Source: a virus. From it: 41,620 nucleotides of DNA. Position numbers and translations under genes: made by a program. The DNA is taken from UHGV virus genome UHGV-0179596; one strand, given 5' to 3'. The notes beneath the pieces were generated by a model. It searched no databases. It worked only from the letters and a program-made list of their open reading frames with translations, and was not told the DNA's origin. This document shows positions 1 to 8,222 of the stretch, piece after piece (within the stretch, counting starts at the first letter, position 1; each line of letters starts with the position of its first letter).

Positions 1-1143
1 CTATGCTGTTTTGATATCTACGATAATCCAGTCTTTACCACGATCATCATTGTATCGGTCGGTCATTTTTCTGGATTTATGGCCTAACAACTTTTGCGTA
101 TCCAGACCCTGTTCCCGATATAACCGTTCTGACAGAGATCGCTGCTCATGAAATGTGGGCGCAGTTCCTTGCTCCCATTTTATGCCACATTTTTCCCGGG
201 CCTTTTTAAAAGCCGTTGTCAGAGTATTCGCAGAAACCTGGTCTCCTCTGTTTGCTTGAGAGGTAGTGTGACGGTAATGGACCAGATATTTACTAACAAC
301 AGCATCCCTGCACTGAGATATAACTTCACGAAGGGTAATATTCAGAGCATCGCATTTCAGGTTAAGCGGAATAGCAAGTTTTGAACCGGTTTTTTCCTGA
401 GTAATGTGCAACATGTCGTCCCATATATCAGAGAATTTCAAATTGCAGATATCGCCTAAACGTTGTCCAGTAACAAGAGCAAGTAGCATGCCGCATTTTA
501 AATAGGGCTGCCGTCTGCTTACGCTGTCAAATATTGCCTGCCATTCGGGCAGTGACAATCTTTGGCGGTTTACTCGATTTCGTGGTTGTTTTGTTGCCTG
601 CGCTGGGTTAAATCCTGGCGGAACATGTCCTGCGTGTTGTGCTTCTTTGAAGACGGCGATCAACACCATTCTCACGACTTGCGCCATCCTGTTATGACCT
701 TCAGCCTTTACAGCATCAATTATTTCGGCAATATCAAGTGCGGTAATATCCTTGAGGTGTTGCATTCCACAATGCTCACGGAAAAGACGAATGGGTTTGC
801 CTTTTTGCCGATAGGAGTTGGGTCTTAGTTCATTATGTTGCAGCCTGTCCTCTTGGATAGAAATATATTTATCAAGCCATTCTGTCACCGTAATGTCTGA
901 GCGCCTGCCTTTCATTCTTTCCAGACGCTCATTGACGCTTAATATTTGTCTGGTACGTTGTTCAGCAATAATGGTATTTGCTTCAGTAGCAACTTGTTTT
1001 GCTTCATTCTCATCAGTTCCTAAGCTATGAAAACGACCGGATAGTGGATGTTTGTATTGCCAATATACCTTTCCGGTTCGCTTATCTAATTTGCAATATA
1101 AATTGGGTATAGAGATTTTGTGAGATCGGGGTCTAGCAGCCAT
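1..1143 (-). CDS. int: Phage integrase, tyrosine recombinase (lambda Int family)
   Basis: 380-aa ORF with ATG at 1141-1143 and stop at the window edge; full-length resemblance to lambda Int by recall, including N-terminal PNLY and C-terminal HEQRSLSERLY...LLGHKS...DRY region; xis overlaps its 5' end. Confidence 0.93.
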   Translation of the reverse strand: MAARPRSHKISIPNLYCKLDKRTGKVYWQYKHPLSGRFHSLGTDENEAKQVATEANTIIAEQRTRQILSVNERLERMKGRRSDITVTEWLDKYISIQEDRLQHNELRPNSYRQKGKPIRLFREHCGMQHLKDITALDIAEIIDAVKAEGHNRMAQVVRMVLIAVFKEAQHAGHVPPGFNPAQATKQPRNRVNRQRLSLPEWQAIFDSVSRRQPYLKCGMLLALVTGQRLGDICNLKFSDIWDDMLHITQEKTGSKLAIPLNLKCDALNITLREVISQCRDAVVSKYLVHYRHTTSQANRGDQVSANTLTTAFKKAREKCGIKWEQGTAPTFHEQRSLSERLYREQGLDTQKLLGHKSRKMTDRYNDDRGKDWIIVDIKTA

Positions 1144-1369
1144 CAGCGATTATCCTTTGGAGTTTTGGGTTTGCGTTTATTGGGAGTTGCGGTTCTGCAA
1201 GCGTTCCTACAAAACGGGAATTTCGGTCAATCATCCAGTAGCGACCAACTTTTATAGCGGGTGGGGCCATCATTTTCCCTTGCGCGTATTTTTTCAGAAC
1301 TCGCTCACTTGGTGCTAAGTCCCCAAATTCTTCTTTAGCCCAGTCCTGTAAAGTGATTAGTCGAGACAT
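1133..1369 (-). CDS. xis: Excisionase
   Basis: 78-aa ORF directly upstream of int with 11-nt overlap; strong SD (GAGGAGGA) before ATG; N-terminus resembles lambda-family Xis. Confidence 0.8.
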   Translation of the reverse strand: MSRLITLQDWAKEEFGDLAPSERVLKKYAQGKMMAPPAIKVGRYWMIDRNSRFVGTLAEPQLPINANPKLQRIIADGC

Positions 1370-1508
1370 TTGTCCTCCTCTTAGCTGCTGAGGGAGTTTG
1401 TGACCGATATATCTGACATGATATTAAGCTCATGGCAGGTACATCTCTTGACTGGTCATAGAGATAAATTTAATGCTGAGAAATGCAGTATTGAATTTAT
1501 CAATTTTT

Positions 1509-1748
1509 CTATTTCCTGCGCATGTCACGTAACTTCTTAATGTGTTCTGCCGTTTCGATCTCTTCTGCTATCCGATCTGCATCAGCTTTATTCACAGGTT
1601 CAAAGTCATGATTAAAGCGGAACATGCTGGCGATACATGTTCTGCCTTTTCGGATGTAGTGAACTTTGTTGTGGGTAGAACGCAGGATTTTGCAGGGAGT
1701 GCCGTGGTGGTCGACGTACCAGGTGTTAGGGTCAATCACTCTGAACAT
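1509..1748 (-). CDS. Hypothetical protein (distal pL operon)
   Basis: 79-aa ORF with ATG start, co-oriented with and overlapping the neighbouring ORFs; no family recognised. Confidence 0.5.
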   Translation of the reverse strand: MFRVIDPNTWYVDHHGTPCKILRSTHNKVHYIRKGRTCIASMFRFNHDFEPVNKADADRIAEEIETAEHIKKLRDMRRK

Positions 1749-2061
1749 TCTTGACCTTGTGTTGTGCGGATTGATATTCAGTGCTGATATTCACCTTTAT
1801 AGCGAACACCTTTACCGGTTTATCGCCAAAGTGCGGATGTGTGATTGTCTTCACTTCATATCCGTCATACGGAACATCAATTCTGCGACTGGAATCGTCG
1901 CGCTTCGGATATCCCTTTGTGATAATCAGGCGGTCATATTCCCGGAACATAATTCGCTTATTCCAGTAGTCATTACACAAGCGATACTCTTCCGTTTTCT
2001 CTCCGCGAATCATGGCATCGAAGTATTCACTTTTAACAGCAAGTTGCAGGTTAGCCATCAC
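1732..2061 (-). CDS. ASCH/DUF3850-like small protein
   Basis: 109-aa ORF; N-terminal pattern KSEYFDAMIRGEKTEEYR resembles the ASCH/PUA-like DUF3850 signature from memory; 4-nt overlap with upstream ORF. Confidence 0.55.
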   Translation of the reverse strand: MMANLQLAVKSEYFDAMIRGEKTEEYRLCNDYWNKRIMFREYDRLIITKGYPKRDDSSRRIDVPYDGYEVKTITHPHFGDKPVKVFAIKVNISTEYQSAQHKVKNVQSD

Positions 2062-2279
2062 TTAATCCCCCTTTGTTTGCGGATAAGCTCCAGATCTTGC
2101 TGGCAACTGGCGCAAGTCCGACAACCCTGAACGGCCAGGCGTCTTCGTTCATCTATCGGATCGCCACACTCACAACAATGAGTGGCAGATACAGCCAGGT
2201 AGTTCAGGCGGCGCATTTTTATTGCTGTGTTGCGCTGTAATTCTTCTATTTCTGATGCTGAATCAATGATGTCTGCCAT
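2058..2279 (-). CDS. TraR/DksA-family C4 zinc-finger protein
   Basis: 73-aa ORF with CxxC-x17-CxxC motif (CCECGDPIDERRRLAVQGCRTCASC), typical of phage TraR-like proteins. Confidence 0.75.
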   Translation of the reverse strand: MADIIDSASEIEELQRNTAIKMRRLNYLAVSATHCCECGDPIDERRRLAVQGCRTCASCQQDLELIRKQRGIK

Positions 2280-2334
2280 CTTTCATTAATCCCTGAACTG
2301 TTGGTTAATACGCTTGAGGGTGAATGCGAACAAT

Positions 2335-2355
2335 AAAAAAGGAGCCTGTAGCTCC
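2335..2355 (-). terminator. Putative intrinsic terminator inside the leftward operon
   Basis: Minus-strand reading GGAGC-TACAG-GCTCC followed by T6; coordinates approximate. Confidence 0.4.
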
Positions 2356-2472
2356 CTGATAATTTTGCTTTTCATGTTCATCGTTCCTTAAAGACGCCGT
2401 TTAACATGCCGATTGCCAGGCTTAAATGAGTCGGTGTGAATCCCTTCAGCGTTACCGTTTCGCGGTGCTTCT

Positions 2473-2655
2473 TCAGTACGCTACGGCAAATGTCATTGAC
2501 GTTTTTGGAAACTGCTGTCTGACTTTTTTGATTTCAGAATTAGCCTGACGGGCAATGCTGCGAAGGGCGTTTTCTTGCTGAGGTGTCACTGAACAAGCCC
2601 CATGTCGGCAAGCATAAGCACACAGAATATGAAGCCCGCTGCCAGAAAAATGCAT
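2473..2655 (-). CDS. Hypothetical small protein (possible lambda orf61 equivalent)
   Basis: 60-aa ORF in the position of lambda orf61; weak protein-like character, see rejected note on adjacent alternate frame. Confidence 0.3.
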   Translation of the reverse strand: MHFSGSGLHILCAYACRHGACSVTPQQENALRSIARQANSEIKKVRQQFPKTSMTFAVAY

Positions 2656-2665
2656 TCAGTGGTTG

Positions 2666-2857
2666 TCATACCTGGTCTCTCTCATCTGCTTCTGCTTTCG
2701 CCACCATCATTTCCAGCTTTTGTGAAAGGGATGTGGCTAACGTATGAAATTCTTCGTCTGTTTCTGCTGGTATTGGCACAAACCTGACTCCAATTTGAGC
2801 AAGGCTATGTGCCAAATCAATACTCGTTCTTAACTCAACAGGAGATGCTTTGTGCAT
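2666..2857 (-). CDS. Lambda orf63-like protein
   Basis: 63-aa ORF; sequence matches my recollection of lambda orf63 ([12 protein letters not shown]...); position left of exo as in lambda. Confidence 0.6.
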   Translation of the reverse strand: MHKASPVELRTSIDLAHSLAQIGVRFVPIPAETDEEFHTLATSLSQKLEMMVAKAEADERDQV

Positions 2858-3018
2858 ACCGCCCCCCGTTTATTATTTATCTCCTCAGCCAGCCGCTGGG
2901 CTTTCAGCGGATTTCGGATAACAGAAAGACCGTGAAATACCCAGCCTCGCTTTGTAACGGAGTAGACGAAAGTGATCGCGCCTACCCGGATATTATCGTG
3001 AGGATGGGTCATCGCCAT
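2830..3018 (-). CDS. Lambda orf60a-like protein
   Basis: 62-aa ORF immediately upstream-overlapping exo end, same position as lambda orf60a. Confidence 0.55.
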   Translation of the reverse strand: MAMTHPHDNIRVGAITFVYSVTKRGWVFHGLSVIRNPLKAQRLAEEINNKRGAVCTKHLLLS

Positions 3019-3689
3019 TGCTCTCCAAATACAAAACCAATTTCAGCCAGTGCTTCGTCCATTTTTTCGATGAACTCCGGCACCATCTCGTCAAAACTCG
3101 CCATGTACTTTTCATCCCGCTCAACCACGACATAATGCAGGCCTTCACGCTTCATTCGTGGGTCATAGTTGGCAAAGTACCAGGCATCTTTTCGTGTCAC
3201 CCACATGCTGTACTGCACCTGGGCCATGTAAGCCGACTTTATGGCCTCGAAACCACCGAGCCGGAACTTCATGAAATCCCGGGAGGTAAACGGGCATTTC
3301 AGCTCAAGGCCATTGCCGTCACTGCATAAACCATCGGGAGAGCAGGCGGTGCGCATACTTTCGTCGCGATAGATGATCGGGGATTCAGTAACATTCACGC
3401 CGGAAGTGAATTCAAACAGGGTTCTGGCGTCGTTCTCGTACTGTTTTCCCCACGCCAGCGCCTTAGCATTAACTTCCGGAGCCACACCGGTGCAAACCTC
3501 AGCCAGCAGGGTGTGGAAGTAGGACATTTTCATGTCAGGCCACTTCTTTCCTGAGCGGGGCTTTGCTATCACGTTGTGAACTTCTGAAGCGGTGATGACG
3601 CCGAGCCGTAATTTGTGCCATGCATCATCCCCCTGTTCGACAGCTCTCACGTCGATCCCGGTACGCTGCAGGATAATGTCCGGTGTCAT
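3009..3689 (-). CDS. exo: Lambda exonuclease (Red alpha)
   Basis: 226-aa ORF essentially identical to lambda Exo by recall ([40 protein letters not shown]...). Confidence 0.97.
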   Translation of the reverse strand: MTPDIILQRTGIDVRAVEQGDDAWHKLRLGVITASEVHNVIAKPRSGKKWPDMKMSYFHTLLAEVCTGVAPEVNAKALAWGKQYENDARTLFEFTSGVNVTESPIIYRDESMRTACSPDGLCSDGNGLELKCPFTSRDFMKFRLGGFEAIKSAYMAQVQYSMWVTRKDAWYFANYDPRMKREGLHYVVVERDEKYMASFDEMVPEFIEKMDEALAEIGFVFGEQWR

Positions 3690-4471
3690 GCTGCCACCTT
3701 CTGCTCAGTGGCTTTCTGTTTCAGGAATCCAAGAGCTTTCACTGCTTCGGCCTGTGTCAGTTCTGACGATGCGCGAATGTCGCGGCGAAATATCTGGGAA
3801 CAGAGCGGCAATAAGTCGTCATCCCATGTTTTGTCCAGGGCAATCAGCAGAGTGTTAATCTCCTGCATGGTTTCATCGTTAACCGGAGTGATGTCGCGTT
3901 CCGGCTGACGTTCTGCAGTGTATGCGGTATTTTCGACAATGCGCTCGGCTTCATCCTTGTCATAGATACCAGCAAATCCGAAGGCCAGACGGGCACACTG
4001 AATCATGGCTTTATGCCGTAACATCCGTTTGGGATGCGACTGCCACGGCCCCGTGATTTCTCTGCCTTCGCGGGTTTTGAATGGTTCGCGGCGGCATTCA
4101 TCCATCCACTCGGTAACGCAGATCGGATGATTGCGGTCTTTGCGGTAAATCCGGCATGTACATGATTCATTGTCCTGCTCAAAGTCCATACCATCAAACT
4201 GCTGGTTTTCATTGATGATGCGGGACCAGCCATCAACGCCCACCACCGGAACAATGCCGTTCTGCTTATCAGGGAAGGCGTAAATTTCTTTCGTCCACGG
4301 ATTAAGGCCGTACTGGTTGGCGACGATCAACAATGCGATGAACTGCGCATCGCTGGCATCACCTTTAAATGCCGTCTGGCGAAGAGTGGTGATCAGTTCC
4401 TGTGGGTCGACAGAATCCATGCCGACACGTTCAGCCAGCTTCCCTGCCAGCGTTGCGAGTGCTGTACTCAT
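3686..4471 (-). CDS. bet: Recombination protein Bet (Red beta)
   Basis: 261-aa ORF matching lambda Bet ([48 protein letters not shown]...); 4-nt overlap with exo. Confidence 0.97.
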   Translation of the reverse strand: MSTALATLAGKLAERVGMDSVDPQELITTLRQTAFKGDASDAQFIALLIVANQYGLNPWTKEIYAFPDKQNGIVPVVGVDGWSRIINENQQFDGMDFEQDNESCTCRIYRKDRNHPICVTEWMDECRREPFKTREGREITGPWQSHPKRMLRHKAMIQCARLAFGFAGIYDKDEAERIVENTAYTAERQPERDITPVNDETMQEINTLLIALDKTWDDDLLPLCSQIFRRDIRASSELTQAEAVKALGFLKQKATEQKVAA

Positions 4472-4476
4472 CCGTT

Positions 4477-4773
4477 TTATACCTCTGAATCAATATCAGC
4501 CTGATGGTGAGCAATGGTTTCAACTATGTACCGGATGTGTTCTGCCATGCGCTCCTGAAACTCAACATCGTCATCAAACGCACGGGTAATGGCTTTTTTG
4601 CTGGCCCCGTGGCGTTGTAAATGATCGATGCATAGCGATTCAAACAGGTGCTGGGGCAGGCCTTTTTCCATGTCGTCTGCCAGTTCTGCCTCTTTCTCTT
4701 CACGGGCGATCTGCTGGTAGTGACGCGCCCAGCTCTGAGCCTCAAGACGATCCTGAATGTAATAAGCGTTCAT
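4477..4773 (-). CDS. gam: Gam, RecBCD inhibitor (98-aa GamS form)
   Basis: 98-aa ORF matching lambda GamS ([21 protein letters not shown]...); the upstream GamL extension is in a different frame here, see findings. Confidence 0.95.
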   Translation of the reverse strand: MNAYYIQDRLEAQSWARHYQQIAREEKEAELADDMEKGLPQHLFESLCIDHLQRHGASKKAITRAFDDDVEFQERMAEHIRYIVETIAHHQADIDSEV

Positions 4774-4848
4774 GGCTGAACTCCTGAAAATGGCTGTGAA
4801 AATATCGCCCGCGAAATGCCAGGCTGATTAGGAAAACAGGAAAGGGGG

Positions 4849-4992
4849 TTAGTGAATGCTTTTGCTTGATCTCAGTTTCAGTATTAATATCCATTTTTTA
4901 TAAGCGTCGACGGCCTCACGAAACATCTTTTCATCGCCAATAAAAGTGGCGATAGTGAATTTAGTCTGGATAGCCATAATTGTTTGATCCAT
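4849..4992 (-). CDS. kil: Kil, host-killing FtsZ inhibitor
   Basis: 47-aa reading [47 protein letters not shown] inside the longer track ORF 4849..5118; matches lambda Kil. Confidence 0.85.
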   Translation of the reverse strand: MDQTIMAIQTKFTIATFIGDEKMFREAVDAYKKWILILKLRSSKSIH

Positions 4993-5125
4993 TTTTTGGG
5001 ACTCCTGGCTGATTAAGTATGTCGATAAGGCGTTTCCATCCGTCACGTAATTTACGGGTGATTCGTTCAAGTAAAGATTCGGAAGGGCAGCCAGCAACAG
5101 GCCACCCTGCAATGGCATATTGCAT
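4961..5125 (-). CDS. cIII: cIII, FtsH inhibitor stabilising cII
   Basis: 54-aa ORF translated by hand: [54 protein letters not shown]; matches lambda cIII. Below the ORF-track size cutoff. Confidence 0.9.
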   Translation of the reverse strand: MQYAIAGWPVAGCPSESLLERITRKLRDGWKRLIDILNQPGVPKNGSNNYGYPD

Positions 5126-5197
5126 GGTGTGCTCCTTATTTATACATAACGAAAAACGCCTCGAGTGAAGCGTAATTGGTATGCGGTAACGCCGCGC

Positions 5198-5566
5198 TCA
5201 GGCGGCCTTGATAGTCATATCATCTGAATCAAATATTCCTGATGTATCGATATCGGTAATTCTTATTCCTTCACTACCATCCATTGGAGGCCATCCTTCC
5301 TGACCATTTCCATCATTCCAGTCGAACTCACACACAACACCATATGCATTTAAGTCGCTTGAAATTGCTATAAGCAGAGCATGTTGCGCCAGCATGATTA
5401 ATACAGCATTTAATACAGAGCCGTGTTTATTGAGTCGGTATTCAGAGTCTGACCAGAAATTATTAATCTGGTGAAGTTTTTCCTCTGTCATTACGTCATG
5501 GTCAATTTCAATTTCTATTGATGCTTTCCAGTCGTAATCAATGATGTATTTTTTGATGTTTGACAT
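5198..5566 (-). CDS. ea10: Ea10-like protein
   Basis: 122-aa ORF at the lambda ea10 position between cIII and ral; same length as lambda Ea10. Confidence 0.75.
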   Translation of the reverse strand: MSNIKKYIIDYDWKASIEIEIDHDVMTEEKLHQINNFWSDSEYRLNKHGSVLNAVLIMLAQHALLIAISSDLNAYGVVCEFDWNDGNGQEGWPPMDGSEGIRITDIDTSGIFDSDDMTIKAA

Positions 5567-5748
5567 CTATTCATATCCTCATAGATAAAAAATCGCCCTC
5601 ACACTGGAGGGCAAAGAAGATTTCCAATAATCAGAACAAGTCGGCTCCTGTTTAGTTACGAGCGACATTGCTCCGTGTATTCACTCGTTGGAATGAATAC
5701 ACAGTGCAGTGTTTATTCTGTTATTTATGCCAAAAATAAAGGCCACTA

Positions 5749-5949
5749 TCAGGCAGCTTTGTTGTTCTGTTTACCAAGTTCTCTGGCAATCATTGCCGTC
5801 GTTCGTATTGCCCATTTATCGACATATTTCCCATCTTCCATTACAGGAAACATTTCTTCAGGCTTAACCATGCATTCCGATTGCAGCTTGCATCCATTGC
5901 ATCGTTTGAATTGTCCACACCATTGATTTGTATCAATAGTCGTAGTCAT
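5749..5949 (-). CDS. ral: Ral, restriction alleviation protein
   Basis: 66-aa ORF matching lambda Ral (MTTTIDTNQWCGQFKRCNGCKLQSECMVKPEEMFPVMEDGKYVDKW...). Confidence 0.9.
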   Translation of the reverse strand: MTTTIDTNQWCGQFKRCNGCKLQSECMVKPEEMFPVMEDGKYVDKWAIRTTAMIARELGKQNNKAA

Positions 5950-6019
5950 ACGGATAGTCCTGGTATTGTTCCATCACATCTTGAGGATGCTCTTCGAACT
6001 CTTCAAATTCTTCTTCCAT
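5933..6019 (-). CDS. Lambda orf28-like acidic peptide
   Basis: 28-codon ORF translated by hand: MEEEFEEFEEHPQDVMEQYQDYPYDYDY; overlaps ral start as in lambda. Confidence 0.55.
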   Translation of the reverse strand: MEEEFEEFEEHPQDVMEQYQDYPYDYDY

Positions 6020-6162
6020 ATATCACCTTAAATAGTGGATTGCGGTAGTAAAGATTGTGCCTGTCTTTTAACCACATCAGGCTCGGTGGTTCTCGTGTAC
6101 CCCTACAACGAGAAATCGGATAAACTCTATTCACCCCTACAGAGAGCAAAAGAGAAACGCCG

Positions 6163-6744
6163 ATGAACAACTCATGGTGGCAGGAACTAATGCATTTTTT
6201 CCTGCAAGGAATGACACTTAAACAGTTGATTCATATGCTAATCATCCTGATCATATTGATTATTGTTATGCCGGTAAGCGTAAAAGAATGGATAAACCTG
6301 CATAATCCAGAAATCCTTCCTCATTACTGGATGTATTACATCCTGTTGTTTTGCGTTAGCTATGTGCTTAACGGCGTTGTTAATTCCGCTTATCACGCTG
6401 TGACTGAAAGAATTGAGGTATTCGCTGCTCAGAAGCGCAAATCTAAAGAAGAAAAATATGTGCAAGATTTGTTTGATTCGTTAACTCTTGGAGAAAGAGC
6501 GTATTTGGCATTCGCTGTAGCCGCTAATAACCAGCTACAAACGGAAAAGGGCGCTCATGAATCAATTTCATTGCTCAAAAAAGGACTCCTCGTTCGAAGG
6601 CCTCCTGCTGTTGGATATCCTGATACCGACCGTTTCGTTATCCCTGAAAGCTATAGACATGAGTGCTACATTAGGTTTGCCGGGAAGGCAGACAGCCTTA
6701 TGGATGAACTTATCGCTCAGGATAAGCATGGCAAAAACAAGTAA
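6163..6744 (+). CDS. sieB: SieB superinfection exclusion protein
   Basis: 193-aa ORF matching lambda SieB by recall, with hydrophobic N-terminal region (LIHMLIILIILIIVMPV); opposite strand to the pL operon as in lambda. Confidence 0.9.
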   Translation: MNNSWWQELMHFFLQGMTLKQLIHMLIILIILIIVMPVSVKEWINLHNPEILPHYWMYYILLFCVSYVLNGVVNSAYHAVTERIEVFAAQKRKSKEEKYVQDLFDSLTLGERAYLAFAVAANNQLQTEKGAHESISLLKKGLLVRRPPAVGYPDTDRFVIPESYRHECYIRFAGKADSLMDELIAQDKHGKNK

Positions 6745-6760
6745 TTAGCAAATGAATTTA

Positions 6761-7033
6761 TCATCTCGCCGTCAGTTGTTTTGATTTCCGGTAGCCTGCC
6801 GCGTAAAGAGCTACGTTCGGAAGACAAGTTGAACCTTCATATTTTCTGGTCAACGTTGTCAGAGTTATCACTTCTGCTCTCATTGCTGGTTTGAGCTTGC
6901 ATTGCAAGACCACTCGTGAAGGGGTTGGCCTGTGTAGCTTGTCGGAGCTGATCGCCTCCTGACTTTGCAGATTTGCGCGACGAGCTCTACGGCGAGAAGC
7001 TGCGGTGCCTTTAAATTCTGTTTTTCTGGACAT
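6761..7033 (-). CDS. N: N-type transcription antiterminator (P22 gp24-like rather than lambda N)
   Basis: 90-aa reading from internal ATG at 7031-7033 preceded by SD GGGAGGA; arginine-rich motif GTAASRRRARRANLQ near N-terminus; C-terminus LPNVALYAAGYRKSKQLTAR resembles P22 gene 24 product from memory. Track ORF extends 24 codons further upstream. Confidence 0.8.
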   Translation of the reverse strand: MSRKTEFKGTAASRRRARRANLQSQEAISSDKLHRPTPSRVVLQCKLKPAMRAEVITLTTLTRKYEGSTCLPNVALYAAGYRKSKQLTAR

Positions 7034-7131
7034 GGATTCCTCCCGAATAAACTTTGGCGATGCAATCTCGAAGCTCCTCCTGAGACGGTTGCTTCGGCAT
7101 TGCATCCCACAGCTTATGTGGTTGGGTGATC

Positions 7132-7176
7132 TGGCTTTTCAGCCACGTAGTCGAGAGTCGACGTTGTTTAAAGAGC
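7132..7176 (-). promoter_or_regulatory. Candidate nutL (boxA GCTCTTTAA, boxB hairpin TGGC-TGAAAA-GCCA)
   Basis: On the minus strand a boxA-like GCTCTTTAA is followed about 20 nt later by a 4-bp GC stem with a UGAAAA loop, about 100 nt upstream of N; same architecture found at nutR. Confidence 0.5.
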
Positions 7177-7434
7177 CTGCCAGTCTGTTCCATTTGGCTT
7201 CCAGCGTCCTGCTGACGGTTAAATAGTACGATATGTACTTTACAAGATCAATACAATTTGTTGTAAGTTGGCGTGGTTTTTTATAACGCTTTGTATTTAA
7301 TAGTGTTGTTTTTTAGCGTGGATGTATTGCCTCGGCGATGTAAGGAGAGATCAGAATTGCGTGGTTTAGTGGGTTGCATCTATTTATTTTTCAATAAATA
7401 TAATTGGTTATGTGTTTTTAGGTGGGCGAACGTG
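7177..7434 (-). promoter_or_regulatory. pL / OL operator region (position-based)
   Basis: Non-coding AT-rich interval between the immunity-operon terminator and nutL; contains palindrome AGTACGATATGTACT and TACAA/TTGTA half-site repeats that recur in the cI-cro intergenic region. Operators not individually resolved. Confidence 0.45.
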
Positions 7435-7465
7435 AGGCAAAGAAAACCCGGCGCTGAGGCCGGGT
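7435..7465 (-). terminator. Intrinsic terminator closing the cI-orfA-orfB operon
   Basis: Minus-strand hairpin AACCCGGC-CTCAGC-GCCGGGTT followed by UUUUCUUUG, placed 5 nt after the orfB stop codon. Confidence 0.55.
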
Positions 7466-7469
7466 TGTA

Positions 7470-8222
7470 TTATGCTGCAAGTCTCTTAACCCAAGTCTCT
7501 CTTTTGGAGAATGGTAGAACTTGGCTTGATTCATGGAAGAGTAAGGAGAGTTGTTGCATTTGATCACCAATTGCTTCGCTGTCTATAACAACAAATCTGT
7601 TGTTATACTCCTCACTTGAAGCTTTAAGATCAATTAGTTTCCCAAGCAATGAGTAAGCACTATTCCAGCTTCCTCCGTGTTTCACGCTTGATGTAAAAAC
7701 GTATTTAGGTATGTCGGTTTTTATTGTTACAGGGACGGTAATTTGATGTCCACTCAAGCCATATACGTTTTCACGAAGAGAAAGTGCGTCTCTAAGCTCT
7801 GTGTGATATAGATAATCAATAACCATACTTTCAAACTTTTCAGCTTGAACTGGCTGATACCAGTCTAACGACAAAGTTGATGCGAGTATACCAGCTCTAA
7901 TTATGTTCGATGTAATCGCACCGACATCCTTTTCTGTTGCCCAAGCAATGATTTCTCCTCGAGCATTGAGTTCTGCGCCTTCTTTAAGCAGTAATTGTCG
8001 TATCTCATCAAGTCGTTTTTTGGTAAGCGAGATCCCTCTTGCCTCCATATTCATTAAGGCATCGCATCTGTCACTAACTAAATACCTACCATTGACTTCA
8101 CGGATAAAGGCACCGACATGCTCTCCATCATCACAGTAAGTGAATGGACTGATAATTCTCAAGGTCTTGCCTATTGGATGGCATTCGAAACCTAGTTGTG
8201 AGATCACTGTTGAGCACATCAT
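7470..8222 (-). CDS. Hypothetical protein, second gene of cassette at the rexB position
   Basis: 250-aa ORF with ATG start overlapping the upstream stop (ATGA at 8219-8222); terminator immediately downstream; no TM segments or catalytic motifs recognised by eye; AT-rich. Confidence 0.7.
   Translation of the reverse strand: MMCSTVISQLGFECHPIGKTLRIISPFTYCDDGEHVGAFIREVNGRYLVSDRCDALMNMEARGISLTKKRLDEIRQLLLKEGAELNARGEIIAWATEKDVGAITSNIIRAGILASTLSLDWYQPVQAEKFESMVIDYLYHTELRDALSLRENVYGLSGHQITVPVTIKTDIPKYVFTSSVKHGGSWNSAYSLLGKLIDLKASSEEYNNRFVVIDSEAIGDQMQQLSLLFHESSQVLPFSKRETWVKRLAA

Noticed and set aside
1-60. Prophage attachment site adjacent to int
   Set aside because: The int stop codon is at the window edge, so attL and the host junction lie outside the window and cannot be called.
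148-1030. Three plus-strand ORFs (70-88 aa) overlapping int
   Set aside because: Antisense to a full-length integrase; no ribosome-binding sites; Cys/Phe-rich unlikely products.
2379-2480. Protein-like translation in an alternate minus-strand frame (…SVLKKHRETVTLKGFTPTHLSLAIGMLNGVFKER) ending just before the terminator
   Set aside because: No start codon in that frame and it overlaps the 2473..2655 ORF; possibly the remnant 3' end of a gene lost at a mosaic junction or a frameshift in an A-run, but not callable without comparison.
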